Notes: generated by a model not told the origin, from the letters alone. A DNA stretch of 64,000 nt from Sulfolobales archaeon HS-7 (GCA_019704295.1 AP024596.1:832001-896000); one strand, 5' to 3'. Positions 10,727 to 20,707 are shown, numbered from the stretch's first letter. Numbers and translations: made by a program.

Positions 10727-10768
10727 TCACCTACTACTTTTCCCTAAGTATCACTTCTATAAAAGATT
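10727..10768 (-). promoter_or_regulatory. thsB TATA box and Shine-Dalgarno
   Basis: Minus strand aatCTTTTATAG (10768-10757) and GGTGA (10731-10727) 6 nt before the ATG. Confidence 0.6.
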
Positions 10769-11026
10769 ATCGATCCCATACTTTGAATTCATGATAGGAG
10801 TTATTGGATACTTAATTCATACTCAAAGCCAATACGTCATAGTGAAAGCGCTACGAGACCGAAGAAAATCTATTAAACCTATGTAAGGTAAATTTTCTTG
10901 GAAAAATCTAGAATTACGCTAAATATATATTATCTTATATGGGCGCGACTGGGATATAAATCCAAGTCTGCTGAAGTTTAGTCTCTGCAATAGAGTTAAA
11001 AGCGTAAAGTACAGGTGTTTTAAATA

Positions 11027-11413
11027 ATGAGGAGAGAAGTATACTTAATACTCGCAATCCTTGTAATATTGCTTACTTTAGGTGGAGTTTATCTAGCATC
11101 TTCGTATAGGACAAATATAACTTATTCACAGGTTGGTAGTTCAAGTGTAGATGGTAAGTACGTGTTATATGTTAAAATTATAATGAACTACGGTCCTTTT
11201 GGAGGAAGTTCTCCACTTGATGATGCAGAAATCTGGATATACCATAATGGAATGTTTTACTCACAAGGTTACACCAATGGTAGCGGCGTAGTGCAATTCA
11301 CCCTTCCACCAGGTACCTATACGGTAAGAATATTACCCTTAAGGATGGAGGAAAACATATCTCTTAATGGTGATTGCGTTTTGACAGTTAATTACGCCTA
11401 TTTACATTCATAG
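11027..11413 (+). CDS. Membrane-anchored or secreted hypothetical protein (carboxypeptidase-regulatory-like beta domain)
   Basis: N-terminal hydrophobic helix; YTNGSGVVQFTLPPGTYTV pattern. Confidence 0.7.
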   Translation: MRREVYLILAILVILLTLGGVYLASSYRTNITYSQVGSSSVDGKYVLYVKIIMNYGPFGGSSPLDDAEIWIYHNGMFYSQGYTNGSGVVQFTLPPGTYTVRILPLRMEENISLNGDCVLTVNYAYLHS

Positions 11414-11478
11414 CATAATGTTTAGTAAAAATAATATATTTAGTTAAAGTATTACCTCGCTTTTATCTTTTCATGCAT

Positions 11479-11759
11479 AGGAGGAGCGAAAGACCCGTAA
11501 GAGGTGCGATTGATAGTCCGGTATTATTTAGACATAAGTTTTCGGGAGGTATATCGATAATAGTCAGCCACGGGATAAGTGTCACCTAGATGCTTAAGTG
11601 AGGGTTTATGCGGTGGACCTACGCTCTAATCAGGAACTCCATATTCATCATACTATATGTTCACATCCGAGCTCGAGGTGCAAACCTTTAGTACTTCTGG
11701 AGCCCTCTTGGCAAGGCGGAGAAATAGAAAGCCCTGTCCGCGAGAGCAAGGCAGTTTGC
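11479..11759 (+). mobile_element. Decayed non-autonomous IS200/IS605-family element (TnpB right-end-like)
   Basis: Ends GAAAGCCCTGTCCGCGAGAGCAAGGCAGTTTGC, resembling Sulfolobales IS605 right-end hairpins; collinear similarity to 62772-63032. Confidence 0.65.
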
Positions 11760-11828
11760 ATACTATTAATGGTGAAAGATTCCGTGGGGATTAAGATCGA
11801 TAGTCTAGTACATTTAAAACTAGTTTAC

Positions 11829-13390
11829 CAGTCTTGTTTCGCCAAAAAATCTCATGATTGTAAGAGATTATTAGAGTAATTTGTGTATAAAAATATAGGA
11901 TTAAGTTAACTTAAGAGGTATAACAATATGATATGTTTAGTTAAAATCTGCTATATTTTACAAGTTAATACTAGCAGACGCAAGAAGTTCTGAATTTATT
12001 TAACGAGGTCAAAACGAGGTACATATTCCATCCCCTAGCTTGAAAACGTCTAGAGGAGGTTAACGAACTGGTCAAACGCTAGGGGCTTCTCTCTCGGTGC
12101 CTTGAAGTTAAAAGAGAGGAAGAGGTACAAGTTCCAGGAAGTGTCGAGAAGTGGGTAGATCAGGTAAAGCTTGTTGCACAACCTCCTAATAAGTTCTATT
12201 CTAGCCTTCCTCGTCTTGAGCCCTTCCTCTATTTACCACCTCGACCTGTAGGTCTCGGCCAACTCGTAAGGATCTTTGTCAACGTTTGAGACGAAAACGA
12301 AGTGCATTGGTTTCCCCTTGTGTTTCACGTAAATCACGTCGTAATAGTAGAGTCCCTTGTGATCTAGCCTTCTATAAGCAACGTAAGTTCTGTCGTTAAC
12401 TGCGTGGTACCTCACGGTAAGGGGCTGGGCAAAGAGTTCCTTGACTCCCTTCAAGTTAGTTTTCCCTCTGATCACGGTTTTAGCGGGTAACTCCTTGAGG
12501 ATCTCGAGGTTGAGGAATCCAGCGTCAGCAACAACGTAACTCAAGTTAACGTGCTGTAAAGCCCTATTGACGAACTCTTGAAGAAACTCGGAGGGCTTTT
12601 GATCCCCCCGGAACTGCGAATTGGGTAACCACGTTACATCTCACGGGAGACAAGAGATCTGCGGATCTAACCTTGGCCTTTCCCGAGAAGAGTTTGTCCC
12701 CCACTCTCTCCGCCTCCTTCTCTCCCACCCTCAAGAAGGTCTCGTCGAATCCCAGCACGATCTTCTCATTAGTGAAAATTGTACACAGCTCCCAGAACTC
12801 GAAGGTTTTACCCAGAAGTTTACCTAGCTTTTTCCCTTGTCTTACAAGGGAAATGCAATCCTTTCCTCTATTTTCCGAGAGGAGGGATTTGCTCCTCTTG
12901 ATAACGTCCCGGGGATTAGAGGAAATCTTCTTAAACGCTTCCTCTACTATTAGCGCGGGACTTATCCCTTGGCTTTGGTTTCCGCATATCAAAATCTGGG
13001 AAGTCCCTCGCTTAAACTTTAACGTCCTCATTTCTACCCACTTGATAATACACAAGGTATTACTATACGTGTAAAAACTAGGTTACGTACCTTTTACAGA
13101 GATAAAAGTCGATATTTTCCTCACTTTAGCTGAAATTTAGCTAATTTCGACTCTTGAGCGAGATTCTCCCATGTTTTAAAAATTGTCTCATATTTAGTAA
13201 AATTGGCGAAATAAGACTGCTAGTTTACAGACAATGCGTTAATCACAGTTACTAACGTACTAAGCTTCACAAGAACGTATCGGTTAACGAGATGGTCTAT
13301 GAGATAGACCTCATTCTTCATCGGACAGCATGTCCTAAATCGGGGTAGAAAGAATTCCTAAGTTTATTCAGAACTTCGTCAGTAGGTTGG
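11829..13390 (+). mobile_element. Older relic of the same IS family, interrupted by the IS at 11975
   Basis: 11829-11845 matches the reverse complement of 13203-13219 at 16/17; 13366-13377 matches the reverse complement of 11984-11995 at 12/12. Confidence 0.55.
11975..13219 (-). mobile_element. ISH3/IS4-type insertion sequence with a disrupted transposase
   Basis: CAG...CTG termini flanked by a CTAG direct repeat (11971-74 and 13220-23); fragments LGFDETF, YVVADAGF and YRSRW*IEEG (DDE, YREK-like); GC above surroundings; stops and frameshifts. Confidence 0.85.
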
Positions 13391-13397
13391 TGGCAGT

Positions 13398-13961
13398 TTA
13401 CGCCATTTTGAGGGTGATTACGTATATTATTGTCAGCGTTACTACGCCAGCAACTAACATATATAGACCTGTTACTATTCCCTCTTTAACCTCTCGCTCA
13501 AATACCGTCCCCATTACGAAAAGTAAAGAAAAAGTTACACATAAGCTTAAGAATAGGCCCATATAGCCCCCTATTATACTATAAATTAATAAGATAACTA
13601 CCCCTATGAGAGGAGACGCAGCATGAGCGAGAGAAGACAGGACGACTAGCAGCTTTAAGGCTCTGTCATAGTAACTTCCTTTCATAGATTTAGCCATTTG
13701 GCCTTCTAATTTCTTTAGTTCCGCTTCAGCATCTCTAATCTCCACTATGAACGCATTACCCCCAGAGGATACGCTTATTCCAATTAGCCCGCTGAGGCCT
13801 AAAATTAAGGTAGAAAAGGAAGATTCTTTACTTATAAAACTGGCAAGAACTACGCTTATGGCGGTTATACTCCCATCAAACGAACCTAAGATAAAGTATT
13901 TTTTTAGGTATCCGTAAATATTCATTTCCCTAAACATTTCCTTTATTCTTGTAAAATCCAC
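13398..13961 (-). CDS. VIT1/CCC1-like membrane protein
   Basis: YFILGSFDGSITAI motif and about 5 TM helices. Confidence 0.75.
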   Translation of the reverse strand: MDFTRIKEMFREMNIYGYLKKYFILGSFDGSITAISVVLASFISKESSFSTLILGLSGLIGISVSSGGNAFIVEIRDAEAELKKLEGQMAKSMKGSYYDRALKLLVVLSSLAHAASPLIGVVILLIYSIIGGYMGLFLSLCVTFSLLFVMGTVFEREVKEGIVTGLYMLVAGVVTLTIIYVITLKMA

Positions 13962-14014
13962 TCAAGACCACCAATTATAGCACAATATTTAATTTAAGCG
14001 ATATTACTCTACCT

Positions 14015-14626
14015 ATGCTTTCAGAAAAAATAGCTATCTACATAGAAAAAATTACACCTAAACTAGAAGAAAGATTTGAAAATAGGGAAAAGGTACTACA
14101 GTTATCACGTGAAATTATACGTCTAAGTGGGGAAGCAATATCTTTTTCCCATAGAGGAAAGAGCGATTCTGCTGTAGAAAAGTTCCATCTTGCTATAGAT
14201 AAGGTTAGACAGGTGAAGGATTTAATACATGAATATCCCGAACTTCTCACTGGTGATGCAGGTACTGCATTCCAAGAGCTTACTGAAGCCTATATAGTTC
14301 TATCTTACCAGACAGATCGCTCTATCGAATTGCCGGAGGACATGAACATACCGATTATCTTTTACGTATTAGGAGTTGCGGACGCCGTAGGAGAATTAAG
14401 GAGGATTTGTTTAGAACAACTAAGGAAAGGTAATTACACCTATGCTCAGGAGATGTATAAGGAAATGGAAAATTTATACGAGATCTTATGGCGGCTAGAG
14501 TATCCTAAGGCCATGGTTCCATCTCTTAGACAGAAAATAGACAATTTGAGGCGCATACTAGAGGAAACCAGTCATGATCTTTTCTTGGCCTCAATAACGA
14601 CATATTCTAAGCACACTGATAAGTAA
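14015..14626 (+). CDS. Translin/Trax (C3PO-like) family protein
   Basis: REKVLQLSREIIR, QELTEA, YVLGVADAVGELRR and LRQKID motifs. Confidence 0.85.
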   Translation: MLSEKIAIYIEKITPKLEERFENREKVLQLSREIIRLSGEAISFSHRGKSDSAVEKFHLAIDKVRQVKDLIHEYPELLTGDAGTAFQELTEAYIVLSYQTDRSIELPEDMNIPIIFYVLGVADAVGELRRICLEQLRKGNYTYAQEMYKEMENLYEILWRLEYPKAMVPSLRQKIDNLRRILEETSHDLFLASITTYSKHTDK

Positions 14627-14627
14627 G

Positions 14628-15563
14628 CTATGTAGAATATGTAGTTACTCCTTCGTTACTTATTTCAGAGTCTATTAATTTAGCTCCACTTATTTTAAGC
14701 AAGTTTTCGGCTATTTCCGATTTTAGGCAGACTACAGCTCCTCCACCGCCGCCTCCACTAATCTTACACCCATCAATACTTAATTTCTTAGCCAGCCCTA
14801 TTATATAGTCGACTCTTTCATCTGTTATACCAAGCGCATTAAGAAGTCCGTGGTTAATATACATAAGACGGCCTATTTCTTCTTTTCTTCCCTCTACTAA
14901 CGCAGTTTTTGCTTTATTTGTTATTGTTTCGATTAGACCAAAAATTCCATTAACTAATTCCGGATTGCTCTGCTTTGTGATAGATACGCGCTTAAGGATA
15001 TCCCTTGTAGTTTCGCTTCTGATAATGTAGCCTACTGTAAATTTCAAATTCGTACTCAGCCTCTGTTCTTCGTTTTCGGTAAAGAAAATGATTCCTCCTA
15101 AAGCCTCTGTAAAAGTATCCATCCTACTTCCAATTTTTTGTACACTCTTCTCAATTTCAAATGATATTTTTGCTATTTCCTCTCTGCTTAACTTGTATCC
15201 TAGAAACGTAGAGTAGGCAGCAGTTGTTCCCACAACAACAGCAGCGCTGGTCCCGAGTCCCACTGAAGGTTCTACCTGAGTATCTATCTCAATTTCTACC
15301 GGTTTTTTTCCAAAATAGTCTATAACATGGATAATATAATTAAATAATTCTTTAGCTACAGGATTTATTATTATAGAAGAATCAAGATCAATCGTAACTC
15401 CCTTAATTGTGAGGCTGGGAGAGGATACTATTATCCTGTTATTTCCTTGCTTAATCTTTACATAAAGATATTCATTTATTGTAGCTGCAATTGCCGGCTT
15501 GTTATAGACAATTGCATGTTCACCAAAGAGTGTAACCTTAAGAGGAACTTTTGCTATAATCAT
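14628..15563 (-). CDS. mvk: Mevalonate kinase
   Basis: PLKVTLFGEHAIVY, GLGTSAA and KISGGGGGG GHMP motifs. Confidence 0.93.
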   Translation of the reverse strand: MIIAKVPLKVTLFGEHAIVYNKPAIAATINEYLYVKIKQGNNRIIVSSPSLTIKGVTIDLDSSIIINPVAKELFNYIIHVIDYFGKKPVEIEIDTQVEPSVGLGTSAAVVVGTTAAYSTFLGYKLSREEIAKISFEIEKSVQKIGSRMDTFTEALGGIIFFTENEEQRLSTNLKFTVGYIIRSETTRDILKRVSITKQSNPELVNGIFGLIETITNKAKTALVEGRKEEIGRLMYINHGLLNALGITDERVDYIIGLAKKLSIDGCKISGGGGGGAVVCLKSEIAENLLKISGAKLIDSEISNEGVTTYST

Positions 15564-15900
15564 ATTTTCTTAACACTTTTTATAAAGTGAAAAGAGTATC
15601 GGGGTACAACACAAACCTATAATACTTCCCTGAGTTCTCGGAATTTTAGAGTAGTAAGTAAAAAGCAATTTAAGGTTTTCAATTCAGATAAGGTTATTCT
15701 AATAACCGTTAGTGCTAATTACGTGAAGTTCTGAAAAGTGCTAAACCTAGCTACTAATTAGAGAGCCCTTAGGTAGTTAAGTTTGTAGTAACCTGAATTA
15801 CATTTATGAATATAAGTAACTACTATACGTAAATCATAAGACTCAGGTTTTGATATTGTAGTGAGAAAAACTACTTATACGTTATTCTCAAAGTAGTCTA

Positions 15901-16563
15901 CTACTCCTGATTAAGCAATCTATTCGCTTCTTCTATCGTAAGAGTTTTTTGACTGTTATTTTTCCTAAATTTTAAAGTAATAGTGTTATTTAATTTATCT
16001 CGTTCACTTATAATTCCTATTATTGGAATTAAACTATTAGCAACTTTTCTTAACTTTTTTGAAAACTTCTCATTACTGCTGTCAACCCTAATTCTCCCCC
16101 TTAACTTCTTTGATATCTCTACAGCATCTTTCTTTAATTCAGGAGAAGTAGGAATTATAATTAGCTGAATTGGGGCAAGCCATATAGGTAGGACAGGCGT
16201 TGGTTGGGATAGAACCTCATCGAGTATTAGGCAAAGATTACTCTCTATATCTATATTTATTTTTCTTACTATAGAAAATAACTTTATGGATAAATCTTCA
16301 ATTAGATAAAGAAACGAAACATCAATTGAAACTATGTAATTTGTGAAAACCATAGGACAGGTAGTCTGCGTTTTATAAACTTCCGTCTGATAGTATTGGG
16401 AGCACGTTAAACTTTCAGGAGGAAGTTTTTGTAATATATGTTTCTTTAAAGTCTCAATCATAAAGCGTATATCGTCGGTAGAAAATTCTTCGAAAACACT
16501 ACATTTTTCTTTCAGCCTAACACATTCTACTTCTATTCGATGTGAAGACATATGTATGTACAA
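15901..16563 (-). CDS. ThrRS-type anticodon-binding-domain protein (N-terminally truncated ThrRS editing protein, possibly a pseudogene)
   Basis: PVLPIWLAPIQLIIIP...KFSKKLRK...IPIIGIISERD class II anticodon-binding domain; no catalytic or editing motifs. Confidence 0.7.
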   Translation of the reverse strand: MYIHMSSHRIEVECVRLKEKCSVFEEFSTDDIRFMIETLKKHILQKLPPESLTCSQYYQTEVYKTQTTCPMVFTNYIVSIDVSFLYLIEDLSIKLFSIVRKINIDIESNLCLILDEVLSQPTPVLPIWLAPIQLIIIPTSPELKKDAVEISKKLRGRIRVDSSNEKFSKKLRKVANSLIPIIGIISERDKLNNTITLKFRKNNSQKTLTIEEANRLLNQE

Positions 16564-16978
16564 CCTCGTATGAACTAAGAATAATAATGGCTAGGTGTTA
16601 TAGTAAGAAGCAGGTACGTGTGTAAGGATTTTTTATATATTAACGCATCTCTATTCATATTGGTTTGAATATTCCTGATGTTTTCATTATATGAAGTGAT
16701 TATGGCTACTTTTCTATAACTCGACAAAATATCGTTTTTACCTACAGTCGTCATTTAGGAATTTCTTACGAGGTCCTTTTAAACTTTTACTCTAAGATGA
16801 TGTTTTGAAGGTTAGCAATTTTTATCACCACCCAGAAAGTGGATGAAGATCTTAATTGTAAACTATTATCTAAGTTTAAAGTAAGGTATACTATGTTTAA
16901 CGAAATAATTTCAATATATCTAAAAAGAATCAAACTAGAGAACGCCTTTGAATACATGGTCTAAAAATTAACTTATAA

Positions 16979-17027
16979 TCAGATTTTCCAGCGTATATCA
17001 CTTTTCATACGACCCTCTGTTCATCAT
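16979..17027 (-). ncRNA. C/D-box guide sRNA candidate
   Basis: Minus strand: ATGATGA (C), acagagggtcgt, ATGA (D'), aaa, GTGATAT (C'-like), acgctggaaaat, CTGA (D); 49 nt, intergenic. Confidence 0.65.
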
Positions 17028-17209
17028 CCATCTTATATGTCTAATATCTCCTTAGCCTACAAACTTAAAACTATCTCGCTTACTACACTTTTAGAGTTCG
17101 ACTTTTATCGCAACTACCAGTCACTTTTCGTGATTATTAGTTACTTAACCACATCACTCTTTTTACCTTCCAGTCCCTAAGGTAGCGAGACTACCTCCCA
17201 GCCATGAGA

Positions 17210-18238
17210 CGTAACAGTGTCTTACGCATAATAAATGTTATTTACTTTATTAACTTAATTTTTAGGAAAAAATAAGTATCACGAACATAACTCGAAGAAT
17301 AATACTTAAGGGGAATTATGTGTGGATCGTACTATGATCACGATAACTAAGCCTACGTAATGACCCATGAGGCGCTACATGCTTCGCCTCTAACACGACT
17401 ATAGGAACATGAGTCTCCAACGGTACCTAGATCAACGTTATGTTCCTTGACGTTCTTGCTCTTGGCAAACTTGCACCTCTTAAGACTAAACCATTGTAGA
17501 GACTGTTATTCTCATCCCTAGTGTAGCATGTTTTCCCGTGGAAACGTTGAGACACACATCTAGAGGCTTGTACCTGATCTCAGGGAAATTGATCCAAGAA
17601 GGAAACCTCATGAGGTACTTGCGTCTCTCCATGAGAGGAGAAGGGATCAACTCTTCTCCCATTTCCCGCGAAATTACGCCCTTAGGGGAGGTAGCTGGGG
17701 CAAGAAGTAGGGAAAACGCTGTTCTGAGGGAGGTGCTTCGCTTAGATCTCCTCAAGATCCTCATGGTTTGCAAGGTTAAGATAGTTCTAGCCAACGTTTC
17801 CGACTTTAAATCTCCCATCTGTAACGTGATCACGCTCGTGGACAGGGGGTTTGCGGAGAGAGGCAAGGTGATCAGAGTCAAGAGGGGCTTGGGAGTACTG
17901 GGAGGAGGTGCTCTCCAAAGCTTTCCTCATAACATGAGAGCCCACTAGAGGAGCATGAGGGGATTGAACGCCTTTGCCAACCTCCTGGGCCTAGCTTACA
18001 ATATTTGGCGGTTTAGGCCCATTAGTAAACCTTAAAATCTCCACTTAAAATCCCACTAGAGAAGCTCGTTTCCAACCTTGATTCTCGAAAGTTTCTAGAT
18101 TAGTTGCGAGTAGTCTTGATAAACTGACCTTTATTATTCGCTTTAATAATTAAGCGAATTAAATTCTAGACTTACGCGTTTCATAACTTTTTACTTTATT
18201 TAGTTATTCACTTTGGTTACACATTGGACATAGTAGCA
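17210..18238 (+). mobile_element. ISC1217-like (ISNCY/DDE) IS, copy 1, transposase pseudogene
   Basis: Imperfect TIR cgtaacagtgtc... / ...ggacatagtagca; remnant VLANVSDFK...LVDRGF; many stops; 1029 bp, the same length as copy 2. Confidence 0.8.
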
Positions 18239-18469
18239 TGTAAGTAATAGTATAGAGAAAACCTAGCAGTTTACTCTATATAATAATAAACCCCTTTTAC
18301 CGGAAAAATAAACGTCTTGTTTGATACGAAACACAACGTTTTCCCCAATTTTTAAATGAAGTCATTTTACTTCAATTCTTTTTCATAATCGACTCTATAG
18401 TCCTATTGAAAAACTTAGAAGAGAGGCGTTAATGAGAAAAAATAAAATCCTCATATAGAATTTAATAAT

Positions 18470-18569
18470 GCGGAGGTGCCCGAGCCTGGTCAAAGGGGGC
18501 GGACTTAAGACCTCTAAGTAAGAGATCCGCTGGCGTAGGCCTGCATGGGTTCAAATCCCACCCTCCGCA
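18470..18569 (+). tRNA. tRNA-Leu(TAA) with a 15-nt intron at 37/38 (18510-18524)
   Basis: Acceptor stem GCGGAGG/CCTCCGC, anticodon stem GCGGA/TCCGC, long variable arm and TTCAAAT loop. Confidence 0.95.
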
Positions 18570-18957
18570 CTCTAAAAGCAGCAATATTCTGTTACACGGC
18601 GGTTTAAATAGGGCCTTTCTAGAATATATTTAAATATCTATCAAAAAGTTGCATCTGGGTTAGTAAGTTCAGAGGACAAAAGTTAATTATTAAATTTTTG
18701 TTAGGGTAGTAAAAGACACCTCCTTTTAGCCACAGGTAACAGGATTTATATGCATTAAAATTAGTTATGCAATCATGCGGAAATGCGTGACATGACCGAC
18801 TTAACAAGAAGCAGAAGATAGCAATTTACGCGGTAAGTGACATAACGGAAGAGGTAAAAAAATTGCTAGAGAAGGAAAAAAGGCCACTCATGAATCTTAT
18901 ATAGGTTTATTAGTTGAGGAGAGTAATACTCCTCAGCTAGGGAAACATGGTCGCTCA

Positions 18958-19321
18958 CATATCAGTGTCTAATGCGTAATTAATGCGATCAACTAGATAA
19001 ACTAAAAAGTTATAAAATACGTCAGTGTAGAATTCAATTTATTCAACTATAAGAGTAAAGATAATATAAAATCACTTTATTAGGTATAATCAAAAGTAAC
19101 AACATATTTTTCGCAATAAAGGATAGGAACAAGGTTTTCAGCGTCATTAATTGAACGTTTAATGAGGATACCGCCAGACTTTGTGAGCTTAGGAAGTTAA
19201 CAAAGGAGTTTTATCTCCTGAAATCCTCATATTGTCCTAATTGAGCATTGTGAGGTGTATTATTGTATATATTAAAATTTTTAAAGTAAACAGCATTTAT
19301 TGCGCATTGGACACTGTCACG
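18958..19321 (-). mobile_element. 364-bp MITE derived from the ISC1217-like IS
   Basis: TIRs CAGTGTCTAATGCGTAATTAATG / CATTTATTGCGCATTGGACACTG; the reverse complement aligns to both ends of the 17210 and 63629 elements. Confidence 0.85.
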
Positions 19322-19504
19322 TGACAAATTAGTAAGTAATATAGAAATCCGGATTAGAATATCGATATATAGTTGATTACCTATAAGCATATGGCTTCAT
19401 GGGATTTTGGATCTAGCAAGGGGGAAAGAGTTCACATTTTATTAGTATACTTAGCGAAAACTCTATTTTCGACATTGCTAGACTATTTCCCTAAAACATG
19501 TTAT

Positions 19505-20707
19505 TTATTTCGATGCCTTCGTTGAAACAATTTTAATTATCGAACCGTCATTAACCTCATAGTCAGCACCGATTTTAATTTTTCTCTTTACATCTATAGC
19601 ATAAAGGAAACCTTCACCAAGATCTGTGTGAATTGCATAAGCGACATCTATAGCTTTACTTCCACGCGGCATAATTAGTGCGTCAGGTAACACATTACCG
19701 TTTCTATCCGTATATTTTTTTTCATCTTCTACAGGATATACTACAATATTATTTCCGGCATTAAAGGTGGCTATATTTAACGCCTCTTGCACACCTGTCG
19801 AACCGTATACATCGAGAACGCTTTGCTTTATGTAATTTAATGCATTAAGTTGTTGTTCGCTTAGTTGTCCATTTATATCAAATGACGACTCTCCAGGAAT
19901 GTATCGTATCAGTCCTGCCTTATCTGCTTTCCTTAAGGCTAACTCTGCCTGAGCGCTCGCCGGGATGACGTATTGGTATTTAGTTTTAAGCCTTTCTATT
20001 ATTTTTTTAGCCTCTTCCTTATCCGCCTTATTAGCCACAATAACTATAGGTTTAGAGACATTCCTTAATGTTAATGCAAATCTTTGAATTTTATCGTTGC
20101 TCCACGAAGTTAATTTCTCATTCATTAAGTCAGCCTTTCTAAGGGCTTCGATAATATTTTTTCTATTTATTGAAAGACCGGATAATTTAGACAATAAAGA
20201 ATCTACTACATCTTTTCCCGTTAAGTCTACGGTTTTGGCGAATTTATCCCAATCTTTTTTCACAATATCTGTAAACCAAGTATCGAACTCTCCTTGAATT
20301 GATACTATCTCAACTTCTGGGTCATAACTACCTGCTGGAACTGGTTTTCCCTCTTCATCAGTAGAACCGCTTGCGTCGATTACATGTAATAAGACATCAG
20401 CTCTCCTAAGTTCATCGAGAAATCTATTTCCTAGACCTTTACCCTCATGTGCTCCTGGAATAAGCCCAGCCACATCAACCAGGGTTACGGGGATGAATCT
20501 GTACTTATCTATACAAATTGAATTCCTTGGTCTGCATTTAACCCCGAGCTCGTTATGTGCACATAATACCTTTACGTAACCTACCCCCTTGTTCGGTTCT
20601 ATTGTGACGAAAGGTCTATTGGCAATGGGAACATCTATTAGTGTCGCTGCAGAAAAAAACGTGCTTTTACCAACATTTGTCTTCCCTATAAGTCCTATGG
20701 TGATCAT
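19505..20707 (-). CDS. ychF: Redox-regulated ATPase YchF (Obg family)
   Basis: GKTNVGKST, PFVTIEPN, DVAGL, NKAD and a C-terminal TGS domain. Confidence 0.93.
   Translation of the reverse strand: MITIGLIGKTNVGKSTFFSAATLIDVPIANRPFVTIEPNKGVGYVKVLCAHNELGVKCRPRNSICIDKYRFIPVTLVDVAGLIPGAHEGKGLGNRFLDELRRADVLLHVIDASGSTDEEGKPVPAGSYDPEVEIVSIQGEFDTWFTDIVKKDWDKFAKTVDLTGKDVVDSLLSKLSGLSINRKNIIEALRKADLMNEKLTSWSNDKIQRFALTLRNVSKPIVIVANKADKEEAKKIIERLKTKYQYVIPASAQAELALRKADKAGLIRYIPGESSFDINGQLSEQQLNALNYIKQSVLDVYGSTGVQEALNIATFNAGNNIVVYPVEDEKKYTDRNGNVLPDALIMPRGSKAIDVAYAIHTDLGEGFLYAIDVKRKIKIGADYEVNDGSIIKIVSTKASK

Noticed and set aside
11480-11760. RNase P RNA or SRP RNA
   Set aside because: Lacks the GAGGAAAGTCC and AGAAGGCGGCTTA-type P4 motifs and the SRP helix 8 motif; GC too low for a thermophile structural RNA; a diverged second copy exists at 62772.
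11761-11772. Putative guide after element A matches TACTATTAATGG in the carA/RHH promoter region (28622-28633)
   Set aside because: Only 12 nt in AT-rich DNA, with no evident TAM; plausible by chance.
17486-17948. Overlapping 131-aa and 136-aa ORFs (and their copies at 54764-55226) as real genes
   Set aside because: They are a fragment and the antisense shadow of a multiply disrupted transposase.
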